DNA of 20,000 bases, from NCBI GenBank assembly GCA_000182565.2, contig KQ257454.1; one strand, 5' to 3'. The notes below the pieces were generated by a model. It had not been told where the DNA came from. It ran no database searches and was given only the letters and a program-made list of their open reading frames with translations. How positions within the stretch are numbered: position 1 is the stretch's first letter; each line of letters starts with the position of its first letter. The translations under genes were made by a program, and so were the position numbers. This document shows, piece by piece, positions 1-9,770 of the stretch. The DNA is from Spizellomyces punctatus DAOM BR117. Its lineage: Eukaryota.

Positions 1-148
1 AGTGGCCAACATGGGCGGTGGTGAGCGAACGAAGATAGTTCCGAGGGCAACTCTGAGAAACCAACGACGAACAGAACTGGTGAAAGCTGACAATCGTTAT
101 GGACCCCCGGTCTACCATATGTTGCTAATTGCACTTCGATATGTATAG

Positions 149-1045
149 GCGGGTCGAGATTCTTGTGCTCCGATCACATCAATGGACTGGAATGAGACCG
201 ATCCAAACATTGTTATAACGAGCAGCATCGATACTACATGCACAGTTTGGGATTTGTCGGTACGCGTAGTGTCAGATGGAAGAACAGTGGGAAGAGCTTG
301 TGGACGGCACCTAACGTCTGTTAGTTCTAGACTTTGCAAGCTAAGACGCAATTGATCGCTCACGACAAAGAAGTATATGATGTGGCCTTTTCTCGCGGAA
401 ACGACGTGTTTGCAAGCGTTGGTGCCGATGGATCTTTAAGAATGTTTGACCTTCGGTGGGTACAACTTGGCCGTATTCAAGAACGCAACTAACTCGTGGT
501 ATTTGATCAAAGTAATCTTGAACATTCAACGATTTTATATGAAGTTGGACCGGTGCCACGAGAGGCAGAGGTCCCAACAATGGTGGATCAGGCCTCTGAT
601 GGCCTTCCTCTCCTTCGTCTGTCCTGGAATAAGCAAGACCCAAACTATATCGCTACATTTCAAACCGGTTCTTCGGCAGTGCTGATTATGGATATCCGGG
701 TTCCTGCTATTCCAGTCACAGAACTGCGAGGACATGGGTCGGCTGTGACAGCGATTGGCTGGGCACCTCATTCCAGTAGCCATATTTGCAGTTCCGGTAA
801 TTGCTCCATGTTGAGGCTTTCCGATGTCCATCCAAGCTTAACTTCTGTCGTGTCTTATGTGTGCAGGTGATGATGCGCAGGCGCTCGTCTGGGACATTTC
901 GCAAAACAATAAGGAGAAGCAGATCCAAGATCCGCTACTGGCGTACTCTGCTGAGGGGCCCATCAACCAATTGATGTGGTCAGCCAGTTCGCCAGACTGG
1001 ATAGCGATATCATTGGGGTCAACAGTGCAGGCACTGCGCGTATAA
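149..1045 (+). CDS. DCAF7: WD40-repeat DCAF7/WDR68/AN11-family scaffold protein, 3' part (5' exons not resolved or outside window); exons 149-259, 331-455, 513-796, 867-1045
   Basis: Spliced translation [30 protein letters not shown]...[16 protein letters not shown]...[26 protein letters not shown]...[18 protein letters not shown]...[10 protein letters not shown]...QALRV* matches the DCAF7/AN11 family; GT-AG introns keep the frame. Confidence 0.95.
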
Positions 1046-1287
1046 GAAGTTTCTATATTATAATATATCGCATCGATCTACCGTAAAGATACGCAAAAGT
1101 ATGCAATCGTGGTCTCCTCCATAGCTCAAATAGCACGCTTGCCAGTGTGGGGAACGCGACACCTTTTGCTGACGCGATCATGTCATTTTATCCAATCATA
1201 ACGCGTCTACTTTACCCAAATATGGTTATATGAGTAGTTATTTTTCCCGCAGTCGCTGCTGCCCTCAAAAGACCTGTAGAGGTCGGC

Positions 1288-1318
1288 CCCTTCTTGCTCC
1301 TTCCTTTTGCCTCGTCCT
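1288..1318 (+). promoter_or_regulatory. Pyrimidine-rich tract, probable transcription start region of RPS27 (TOP/TCT-like)
   Basis: CCCTTCTTGCTCCTTCCTTTTGCCTCGTCCT about 20-50 nt upstream of the ATG of a ribosomal protein gene. Confidence 0.35.
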
Positions 1319-1338
1319 AGTTCAGACCATTAGCAAAG

Positions 1339-2194
1339 ATGACGGTAAGTAAGCTGCTCGCATCCATCCATCCATCATGCATTCTGTTGCTTCCAATCTC
1401 GGGGAACCCCTCCTTACTTTCTGGGGCATTCATCGTTGTCGTATCGATGATGTGGACCATCCATCCCAACGTGGAAGGAAATTGGACATTGGAGGGATGA
1501 GTCGATGAAATGCTATCAAAGACAGAATTACAGCGGGGAAAGATCCAGAGCTGAGAAGGCTGTGCCATGTCTGTAGCGGGCCGCAGCAAAACTAGAATTT
1601 GTGTAGGGAGCAATGGATTGGAGGATATGTCAAATCTGGCTGGGGCTATCTGGGCTATCTGGTTGATGAAAGTTGACTCTCTTCTGCCGAGTGGATGACC
1701 GGGCAAAAAGGACGAGTGATCCAGTCTTGCTCATCGGCACTAGGAGGAGCCTCTTTAATTGGAGGGTGGTGCCTACTATTTGCGACAACGAGATATCCCC
1801 ACGGCATGCATAGAGATCGTGTCTGCGGCCACTTGCAGAATCAAAAACCTAACCCCTTTCGTTCTCTTTCTTAGTTGGCGGTCGATCTCTTGAACCCTCT
1901 TCCTCAAACCGAGGCTCGTAAGCACAAGCTCAAGCGCCTTGTACAGAGCCCCAACTCTTACTTCATGGACGTAAAATGCCCGGGATGCTTCAACATCACG
2001 ACCGTCTTCAGCCACGCCCAAACCGTCGTTCTCTGCGGAAGCTGCGCAACTGTCCTATGCCAACCAACTGGTGGTAAGGCACGCCTCACTGGTAAGTGTC
2101 CTGGATAGCGATGTTTTCGGTGGTCTGCAATGGAATGACCAACTTACGCGATATCTTTGCAGAGGGCTGCTCCTTCCGTAAGAAGTCCGGTTAG
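1339..2194 (+). CDS. RPS27: 40S ribosomal protein S27 (eS27); exons 1339-1344, 1875-2091, 2163-2194
   Basis: [10 protein letters not shown]...[68 protein letters not shown]4 zinc finger; ATGACG/GTAAGT micro first exon; CTAAC...TTAG acceptor at 1874. Confidence 0.97.
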
Positions 2195-2527
2195 ATCCTG
2201 TACACATCTTTGTAGTGGTGGGACTGGGCATTCTCGAGCTGGATCATCGCTCATTCATTGGCTAGTGGCGAATAAAAGACGCTTCAATGCATACCGATTC
2301 AATGTGGGTGCTCGCCAATTTTTTGGGGCACACGGTTGGGTGATTTGCTTGTGATGTAAATTTTCTGATGAAGGGCGACAACTGCATGTCGCGCCTGTAC
2401 TTAATGGAGATAAATCTCAACTATTCAATATTTGCTGTGCTAGCAAAATGGCTCGATATTTAATTGCAAAGTACATATTCACGATAGGTATTTGTGGTAT
2501 TTTAAATGGAATGTTTGGACGCCCCAC

Positions 2528-4220
2528 CTATCGACGACGCCGCTCACGGTGATCAGGACTCCGACTACGGCGTTCACGATCATGCCGATTATCCCGGTGT
2601 TCATACCTATGACTACTGTCCCGGTTACTCCGTCGGTCTCTGTCCCTGTCCCTATCTTTGTAGTCCTCTCGTCGATGATAGCTCGTATCTCTACGAGGCT
2701 CCCGTGATGGTCCCCTTCGGTCCCCATCAGCTTGTTCCCCATTGCCTCGTTCCCGTTGACCGCGGCGCTGCTTCTCAGCGTCGAGATTTCCCGAATGTTC
2801 GAAGACCAGATCGTATCCCTCATCCTCGCGATCAGCTTCCCCTCTGTAGCGTGTGCGTCTCTCTAGATTAGAGGATCCTCCAAAGCCCCCTTGGTTGCGC
2901 TTTGCCACTACAACATAGTCTTAATATCGCGTCTCATGCCACGGGGAATACATCGGTCCATCACTTACATAAAAAGTCCTGATGCAACTTTGATACACTC
3001 TGGGAAAAGTCAACATGGATACGCCGGTCATCAATCAACACGTTATCCATTTTAAAATACGCCTGCAATCCGCAAAAATTCATAAATGAATAATGGATAG
3101 AGCCGTGGTTCAAATGAACGGAGAGACTACCTCCTCGCATGACTCCTTGTTGTCAAATTCAATAAATGCGTAACATAATGAATCGCCAGACTTCTTGTCC
3201 CGCACCACCTCGCAGCTGCGACGAAGCAACATGTCAGTTCGATGATACTTCGTCACTATAGATATGAAATGTATACCTCAAAATGGTGCCAAATCGTGAA
3301 AAAATCAGCTCCAAATCTTCGTCTCGAGTGACCGGATTCAATTTACACACAAATAACACATTCTCCGGTGGTTTGATCTCAGCAAAGGGCAAATCGCCCA
3401 CCATTTCCAGAGTTAAAGCACGCGCCGCAGCTTCTTCCTGCCGTTGTCTCTTCTCGAGCTCTTCTGGAGGCAGATCGGGAACCAGTTCCTCATCCTCCCC
3501 GATTCGACCAGATTTAAGCATCTCTTCGGTAGGAACTGGAGAGCGATCTGGTATTATTATGCCTTCAGGATCGTCGAAAGGATCATCTAAGATGATAGTG
3601 TGTTTTATTCTGGGCCATAGGATTAGAGGTAATTACAGACAATGAGCCGCTGGCAGCGTTGTCCGTACCTGATGTCCCGATACGGACGCCCGTCCTCATC
3701 GCAAAGCGCCTGATTGATCTTGTCCAAGACATCCAGTCCCTCTACGACTTTCCCAAATACGGCATGTTTCCCATCCAGGTAGTCCAAATGGTTTTCTGAT
3801 AAAGTTATAAAGAATTGGGAACCAGCAACAGGAATGCCTGCTTCGTCCGCTGCTGTCGTAGCAAAAGAGACAGTGCCCTTCGTGCGATGCTTAAGTTTAG
3901 GATGTATTTCGGGGCTAAAGTAACGTCGAGCGGGTCCGTGGATGACCCTGAGCGGTCAGGTAAAGACAGACTTAGCAAATGTTCATCAAAAGAGCGCACC
4001 TCTTACAGTACACTTACCCCCAGACAGACTCACCGCCTTGCCCCGTTCCCAGAGGGTCTCCCGTTTGTGCCATAAAGTTCTTTTGGACATTATGAAAGAG
4101 GACGAAGTTGTAGTATTTTATCTTGCAAAGCTTTAGGAAGTTTGTGCATGCTTTTGGTGCTTTGGTCACCTCGAGGTCGATGACTATCTCCCCCAAAGAT
4201 GTTTCCAGTAATACAGACAT
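2528..4220 (-). CDS. PPIL4: PPIL4/Cyp59/Rct1-type cyclophilin-RRM protein with Arg/Asp-rich tail; exons 4220-4018, 3947-3669, 3609-3277, 3215-3131, 3062-2969, 2907-2528
   Basis: [16 protein letters not shown]...[37 protein letters not shown]...[58 protein letters not shown] (RRM); [29 protein letters not shown]-rich C-terminus. Confidence 0.95.
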
Positions 4221-4532
4221 TACCACCTCGGTTCGGATGTCTCCTTAGTTGCTGGGAGATCAGGGCGAACCCATAACAGGATATTGAGCGAGCCAGTTGC
4301 TATGTCAACAAATGCGCAGCAGCGGACCCAATTGCACCGATGATGTCCTTCTTGCTGCCGGGGTTTGCAGATAGCTGCCTATCCCCTCCTGTCCTCGTCT
4401 TCTATGCCATTAACTAACTGGCTGCTGTTTTGCATATAGGATGGGAAGGAGCTTTGTTATAGTGGGCACCTCTTTATAAACCATTGAGAACGCACTCTGG
4501 AATCAAGCGACATATCTAACTAGCACAACATC

Positions 4533-4847
4533 AAATATCTTCTATGATTACAACTCTCCGGATATGCCACAAACAACTGCTGCATAACCGCCTATGCAAG
4601 TGACTATACACCAATGCTACTCAGGTTGAAGGTGTTTGCGCCCAATACAGGGGTATTTTGTCTGGCACGGATGCGACTTCCAAGGTTACGTTCTGTGTTT
4701 TCCAGTAGTGATTGTTGTCATCCTGCTGGTTTGCTCTATGTGCATCGTAAGCCGCTTTGCAGGATAATATAGGCCCAGGGACAGAGATGAATTGGCTGCC
4801 TACTGAAGGCTAGCAATATCTGGGAGTTGGAATCATAGAAGATATTT
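4533..4847. repeat. Imperfect inverted repeat (arms of about 33 bp, 17 bp perfect) enclosing about 250 nt with internal hairpins
   Basis: 4533-4549 AAATATCTTCTATGATT is the exact reverse complement of 4831-4847 AATCATAGAAGATATTT; pairing extends via CAACTC(4551-56)/GAGTTG(4824-29) and GATAT(4561-65)/ATATC(4816-20). Confidence 0.85.
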
Positions 4848-5664
4848 AATCCTCAAGATCGTAGGGGAAGCTCGTCCCCAGTCAGATCGGCCTCTATCAG
4901 GAAAAACATCGCGTTCGGGGAGGATCCCAGCACTCCTACGAGTTGAGCGACGTGGCGAGCCAGAGTCACACCATGGGCATAACGTCACTCGACAAGGCAA
5001 AAGATAGTTCGTTTGGACACCTCGATCTTGCGAAAAGAAAAGATTCTGCTACCGCTCATGCACTGCAGCTTTCCTACGGCTTCCTACCACTACTGATTGT
5101 GGACTTTAAATAGACGATAAGTTGCCTCTGGGAATAGATCTGAGCATGAAAGATAGTTAATTTTGGAAAATAAAAGAATAAAAGCTTCAGAGAAGTTGAT
5201 GCAAGTTCAGACATTAATATTCATTATCCTTAAATCAAAGTGCTGGCTTGGCTGTGTATGTCATATTCATTGGGAACCTTATGAGTGACAAATGTTACGA
5301 ACCTATTAGCATTCTTTTCAACTTCCATCGAAACTTCAATTCCATTGGGAAGAGAAGATCTACTAGCATGAATTGTGCTTCACATCAAACCCAAATATAA
5401 AAGCTACATCTGCCTGCTCTGGGGGAACTTCCCAATTGATGCTTTATAACACCAACCAATGTTCATCATCTTGTTATGTGCGCATGAGCATACTCATTCG
5501 CCCAACATACTTATCGTTATCCTTGACCCTGCGTGCATATCGCAGCCAAGATGTCAAGCAGTTGGGAGCTGTGCCACTGGTTAGATCATTTCCAAGTTAG
5601 AGTCGTTGGAAAGCATGCGCAACCATGAGCCCGCCAGAACTCACCGTTGGGTGAAATCAACGCC

Positions 5665-6622
5665 ATGGTACAAAGCCTGAACTTCTCTAGTCTCGCCTCC
5701 ATAGGGAAAATAGTACGAAGCCCGTCTCTTCTGATCCCACATCTTTCTGTACCTGGTAGAAATGACCCATGCACTATGCTCTATCCGTCGGCTCCTTGCC
5801 CTAAACCCAGACCACTTGAATAGATATTCGGTATATAAACTTTATGGCCCTGAAGGCAGCTGGTATTCGGGCGGTGGTGTTTGATAAAGACAATACCATT
5901 ACTGCCCCGTATGTAGAACAGGTTCACCCTACTTTTGCGAAGTCTTGGGAAAGCTGCAAAGACACGTTTGGGCAGGACCGACTGCTTATTGTTTCGAATT
6001 CCGCTGGTACACCCGATGACGTGGGTCATAAGAAGGTAGCCCCTCTGCAAAGTTTGCGACCTGTCATTGGTAGTAATGTAGAATATCTATTCTAGGCTGC
6101 TACCGTGGAGGCCGCATTGGGTATGTCATCCTTGGGTATCGGTTCTCCTATTTGTTAATGCTCACATGAAAAGATAGGAATTCCAGTTCTTCGACATACA
6201 TTAAAGGTAACAGCTAGCTCTGATCATACATAAGCGCCGCTGGACGCTCAAACGGATACGCACATTACCCCAGAAACCAGCCGGAGGGGATGCGCTTTCA
6301 TCATACTTCGGCTGCCCTTCTCATTGCATAGCAGTAGTCGGTGACCGTGCGTTCACTGACATCGTTTACGGAAATCTCAACGGCATGCTCACTGTTCATG
6401 TCACCAAGATTGTGACTGAGGAAGGGGATAACAAAATCGCAGCGTTGGTAAGTCATTCAATAGCGGCTGCAGACCGTGTTGATCACCGCATGAATGTGCT
6501 CTGTGTAGATTCGAAAATTGGAGTACCCATTGGTGAACTGGCTAAGACAAAGGGGGTTATCACCTCCACACCATCCGGCATTTGAAAAGCATAATCCACA
6601 AGATTTTGTGCTGGAATCATAG
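5665..6622 (+). CDS. GEP4: Mitochondrial phosphatidylglycerophosphate phosphatase (Gep4/YqeG-like HAD IIIA); exons 5665-5755, 5824-6035, 6096-6120, 6178-6206, 6274-6447, 6509-6622
   Basis: MVQSLNF...PSLLIPHLSVPDIRYINF..LKAAGIRAVVFDKDNTITAPY (HAD motif I DxD), LLIVSNSAG (motif II), GIPVLRHTLKKP (motif III), VVGDRAFTDIVYGN (motif IV). Confidence 0.92.
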
Positions 6623-7001
6623 TATTACATTCATGGTTAGAAACAACGTTAGTGGGAAGCAGCTGGAGACGGTATATGAAGAGGGGCAAACTCCACTCCC
6701 GCGTCATAATACCCGCCTGGGTAATGTCCTTCGCACCTCGTCGTTACTGGATTTCGAACTATGTCCCAGAGGCGCAGGCACATTAGGGCCATTGACCAAA
6801 GGGAAGGGTCCGAACGACTGTGTGTATAGGGATCTAAGTGGATATGCGACATTAAAATTTGGCCATTGCCTAATGGACGCCCCGTGCCTGACTAGCAATA
6901 CACAGCCGCACTGAGATTGAGTATCTGACGTGCAGGTATTTACAATTCTGTTCCATGTAAACAAGTGTGAAGACAGTTCCCTCCAATCTTTTGCTGTACT
7001 A

Positions 7002-7917
7002 TCATTGTTCCATATCCTCAGTTGCATCAGCGAACTGATCGGCTGGATTTGAATTTCCGCCAAGGTTTCCGAGGGGGTTTGGTCCTTCGAATACTGAGTC
7101 AAGATGCTGCAACGCGGCCTGCGCCCATATAGGCGGGGTTAACTTCGTAGTACGATGGTACCTGAATTGATATCATACCTCCTGCAGGCCGTTCAACTCT
7201 TGTGGATCATCAGGAGTGTAGTACCAATCGCCTTCTTCATTATCATCCTCTTCCGCGTCAGGATCGGGATGCAATGCCGCACAATCGGATATCGCCTGGA
7301 ACATTGCATCCACTATATGATTTTGTCAGCATCGCCAAGGATTGCCCCACTTCGAATGTAACAACGTTCAATACGTACACGCAGTTAGATCATCTGGAAC
7401 CAATCTAAACTCGCACGCCTGCTCCTCCTCCCCATCGCTCTCCCCGTCGTGATCCATGGCATCGGTGCGTTCCTCTCTGACTATCACCATACTATCCAAC
7501 TGCCCGTATACGTGAGGTTTTCCTTCAGTCAAAGCATCGCCTTGACGTGAAATGGCATGTATGCCGATAGAGGGATAATCGATTGCAATAGATAGTCGCT
7601 TTTCGGGGCTGTACCAGACGAGTTGACTATGATATCGGTTCGAATAGGCAGGATCAACACAAAATACTTTTATTCATGTTTAAATTTAACTTGTAACATG
7701 CGCACCTTTCTGCAATATACAAGTCTCCCTTCCCTGGAATCAGATTGCTGGAGAGGGGCGGATCGAACAATAATGAGACACTTTTCTGCAGGTGTCGAAC
7801 TCGCGGAGATGTTGATTCCGCTGAATGCAAGTGACCGTTTACGCCGTTCGCTGGAGATCTCCAGGCTTCCTCAGGCACCAGAAGGTCGGGAAGTTCGTTG
7901 GATATGTGTATAGGCAT
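7002..7917 (-). CDS. CLNS1A: pICln / methylosome subunit (CLNS1A, Lot5-like, Voldacs domain); exons 7917-7706, 7626-7379, 7312-7179, 7118-7002
   Basis: Spliced translation GKGDLYIAESQLVWYSPEKRLSIAIDYPSIGIHAISR...EFRLVPDD..LDAMFQAISDCAALHPDPDAEEDD...AALQHLDSVF...DQFADATEDMEQ* carries the pICln hallmarks YPxIxxHAxSR and CxxLHPDP; mostly missed by the ORF track. Confidence 0.9.
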
Positions 7918-8174
7918 TTTTTTATTGCGTAATTTTTTGGAAAGGAACTGTGAACAAGTACGAGATCACAAAGGCTCGACAGGTTCAAGCTAAGTGGGAA
8001 GCCATGCCAATCGTCGGTACAAACACGTGACACATTCGTTCCACATCGAAAGCACTTGGGATGCCAGTTTTGACCAGATTGACTTTCATGCACTAACCCA
8101 TTGCAAACACACGAGTGAACTAATTGGCAAGGAAAAGAGTAACGTTGACATCAACGCAGGAATGGAACTCTGAG

Positions 8175-8180
8175 AAAAAA
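8175..8180 (-). terminator. RNA polymerase III terminator (T6) of the tRNA-Asp gene
   Basis: AAAAAA on + (TTTTTT on -) about 19 nt past the tRNA 3' end. Confidence 0.75.
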
Positions 8181-8198
8181 TCTGGCGAAAGAGATCAG

Positions 8199-8280
8199 CT
8201 CCCAGACGGGGAATCGAACCCCGATCTTCCCCGAACTGCCTATTGACAGGGGGAGATACTAACCATTATACTATCTGGGA
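8199..8280 (-). tRNA. tRNA-Asp(GTC) with a 10-nt intron at canonical position 37/38 (intron 8234-8243)
   Basis: Minus strand TCCCAGA TA GTATAATGGTTAGTAT C TCCCC CT GTC A [ATAGGCAGTT] C GGGGA AGATC GGGG TTCGATT CCCCG TCTGGGA G; acceptor, anticodon and T stems pair; G discriminator base. Confidence 0.95.
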
Positions 8281-8556
8281 CTGTTATTCTGGTAAGGCAG
8301 CATTTAATATTATGGGATCCATTATTACGTGGACAACCTTCAACTGACGGACACTTTGCACTGCACTTTCCAACAATTTGCAAAATAACCTTATTGATAA
8401 CAAATAGGGTAGTATACACCAATGAAACAGTCATCTAAATCGTCTACAAGCTCAAATTACGAAAAGGGAATAATAGGATTCATAGCTTTGGTAAACTACA
8501 TTGTACTTGTAATAACCAAGCCAAACGGTAATCAAGTAATGTTGCAGCAACCCTTT

Positions 8557-9450
8557 TCATTCTGGCACATCTTGTTCCGCATGATTGCACTGCACTTCAA
8601 TATCAAAAAAGGCAGATGCTGACCGCATACTTGGACTTTTTCCGAAAGACTTAATTTTGCCAGCTTCGTCATATGACTCGATAGATGCTGGACTCGTCAG
8701 AGGATTGCTGATTTGGCCTGCCTGTACGAGAATATCGGTGTTCTCAGCTTCAGCAGGACCCGGCGTAAGGACTCCTTCTGGCAAGATAAATGGATCCATG
8801 GCCGGTATAGGTGAATCTGGCGTTGACGGTAATGCAGCAACGCTCTGTGCAGCCGCAGTACGATCTTGGTAGATCTAAATAGTGCAGATGTTGTAATGAG
8901 CTGTCCATCATTTTCTTTGAGATAAAAAATACAACCTTCCGCTCCTCGGGTGTGAGTGCGTTCCATAGTTTTCCGATAGCTTGAACTATTTCTCTTGAAG
9001 AGAGATTAGGATTATCTTGCTGCACCATGTGTCTAAGAAAGGTTGAGCTTAAAAGGGTACAATCAAATATTAAACTATTAAGCAAGAGAATGCAGTCACC
9101 TTTTCTCCTGGAAGAAAAGTACGTATGGTCCCTTACGTCTCTTGTTGGTATGATTTTCACTGCCTATCCCAGTACGAGCTCTCCCTCTGTTTGATGATGA
9201 TTGGCCTTTGGAAGGAAGGAGTCTCCTTTTTCTACCCTTCTGCTTGCTGATACCCGTCAAAGGCGAGCTCTTGAAATCTTCCTCAGCCTGGCTATGCAGC
9301 GATGAGCTCATTCTTCTGTAGAGTCCGTATGGGCGATATCTGGCTTTGTTATCTGTCGTGATCGACGACGGATAGAAGCTTTCTAGTGGGTATGCTGCCC
9401 ATCGAGAGGATACCTCGATAGTAGATAGTTCATAGAAACTTACGATCCAT
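8557..9450 (-). CDS. Single HMG-box protein with low-complexity flanks; exons 9450-9444, 9382-9100, 9032-8936, 8874-8557
   Basis: Spliced KRRKGPYVLFFQEKRHMVQQDNPNLSSREIVQAIGKLWNALTPEERKIYQDR fits the HMG-box three-helix pattern (Y/FxxF...NP.LS..EI...G..W..L..EE+..Y); all introns GT-AG and in frame. Confidence 0.82.
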
Positions 9451-9770
9451 ACCTTGGTATTGAAAGTTGCCTGTGTTTATGTTGGGAAAGAATAGGGAAG
9501 ATACGTGGGAAAACCATTGGGATGCCCTTAAATAGACCTGCCAGCCACTCTCCACGTGTTTGCATTCCAGCCTGGTTTAAGAGGGTGAGTGGAATGCACA
9601 AAACGCGCCGTTCAACAAGTCGCAACCAAAACAGGGAACTTCACTTCTGTCTTCTTGGGTACATAGGGCTTGCCACGTATACTTTACAACGTTGCCGCGG
9701 TGCGAACTAGAAGCCCGCGACATCCTCGACGATCCCGAGCGAGGGAGCTTATACGGCAACACCAACAAAG

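Noticed and set aside
1317-1706. 129-aa minus-strand ORF
   Set aside because: Antisense to the RPS27 intron, non-ATG start, no recognisable domain
2479-2871. Several overlapping 70-120 aa ORFs on both strands over the last PPIL4 exon
   Set aside because: By-products of the low-complexity Arg/Asp/Glu codons; no independent coding signal
4085-4100. Cyclophilin catalytic Arg replaced (FHNVQ instead of FHR)
   Set aside because: This substitution is normal for the PPIL4 family
4781-4814. ACAGAGATGA followed by a small hairpin resembles the U6 snRNA core
   Set aside because: No AGC triad, no remaining U6 sequence and no Pol III T-run terminator
5130-5212. GGAA..TCTGAG and AGTTCAGAC resemble RNase P CR-I/CR-V
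   Set aside because: Only about 60 nt apart, too close for an RNase P RNA
6582-7102. ORFs of 110 and 132 aa between and overlapping GEP4 and pICln; CTGAGAT at about 6911 as a TPP riboswitch
   Set aside because: Non-ATG starts, out of frame with the real genes, no domain; other TPP aptamer motifs are absent
2528-7917. Functional cluster of RNA-processing genes (PPIL4, pICln, candidate Sm-site RNA)
   Set aside because: Interspersed with unrelated housekeeping genes; adjacency alone is not evidence in a compact genome
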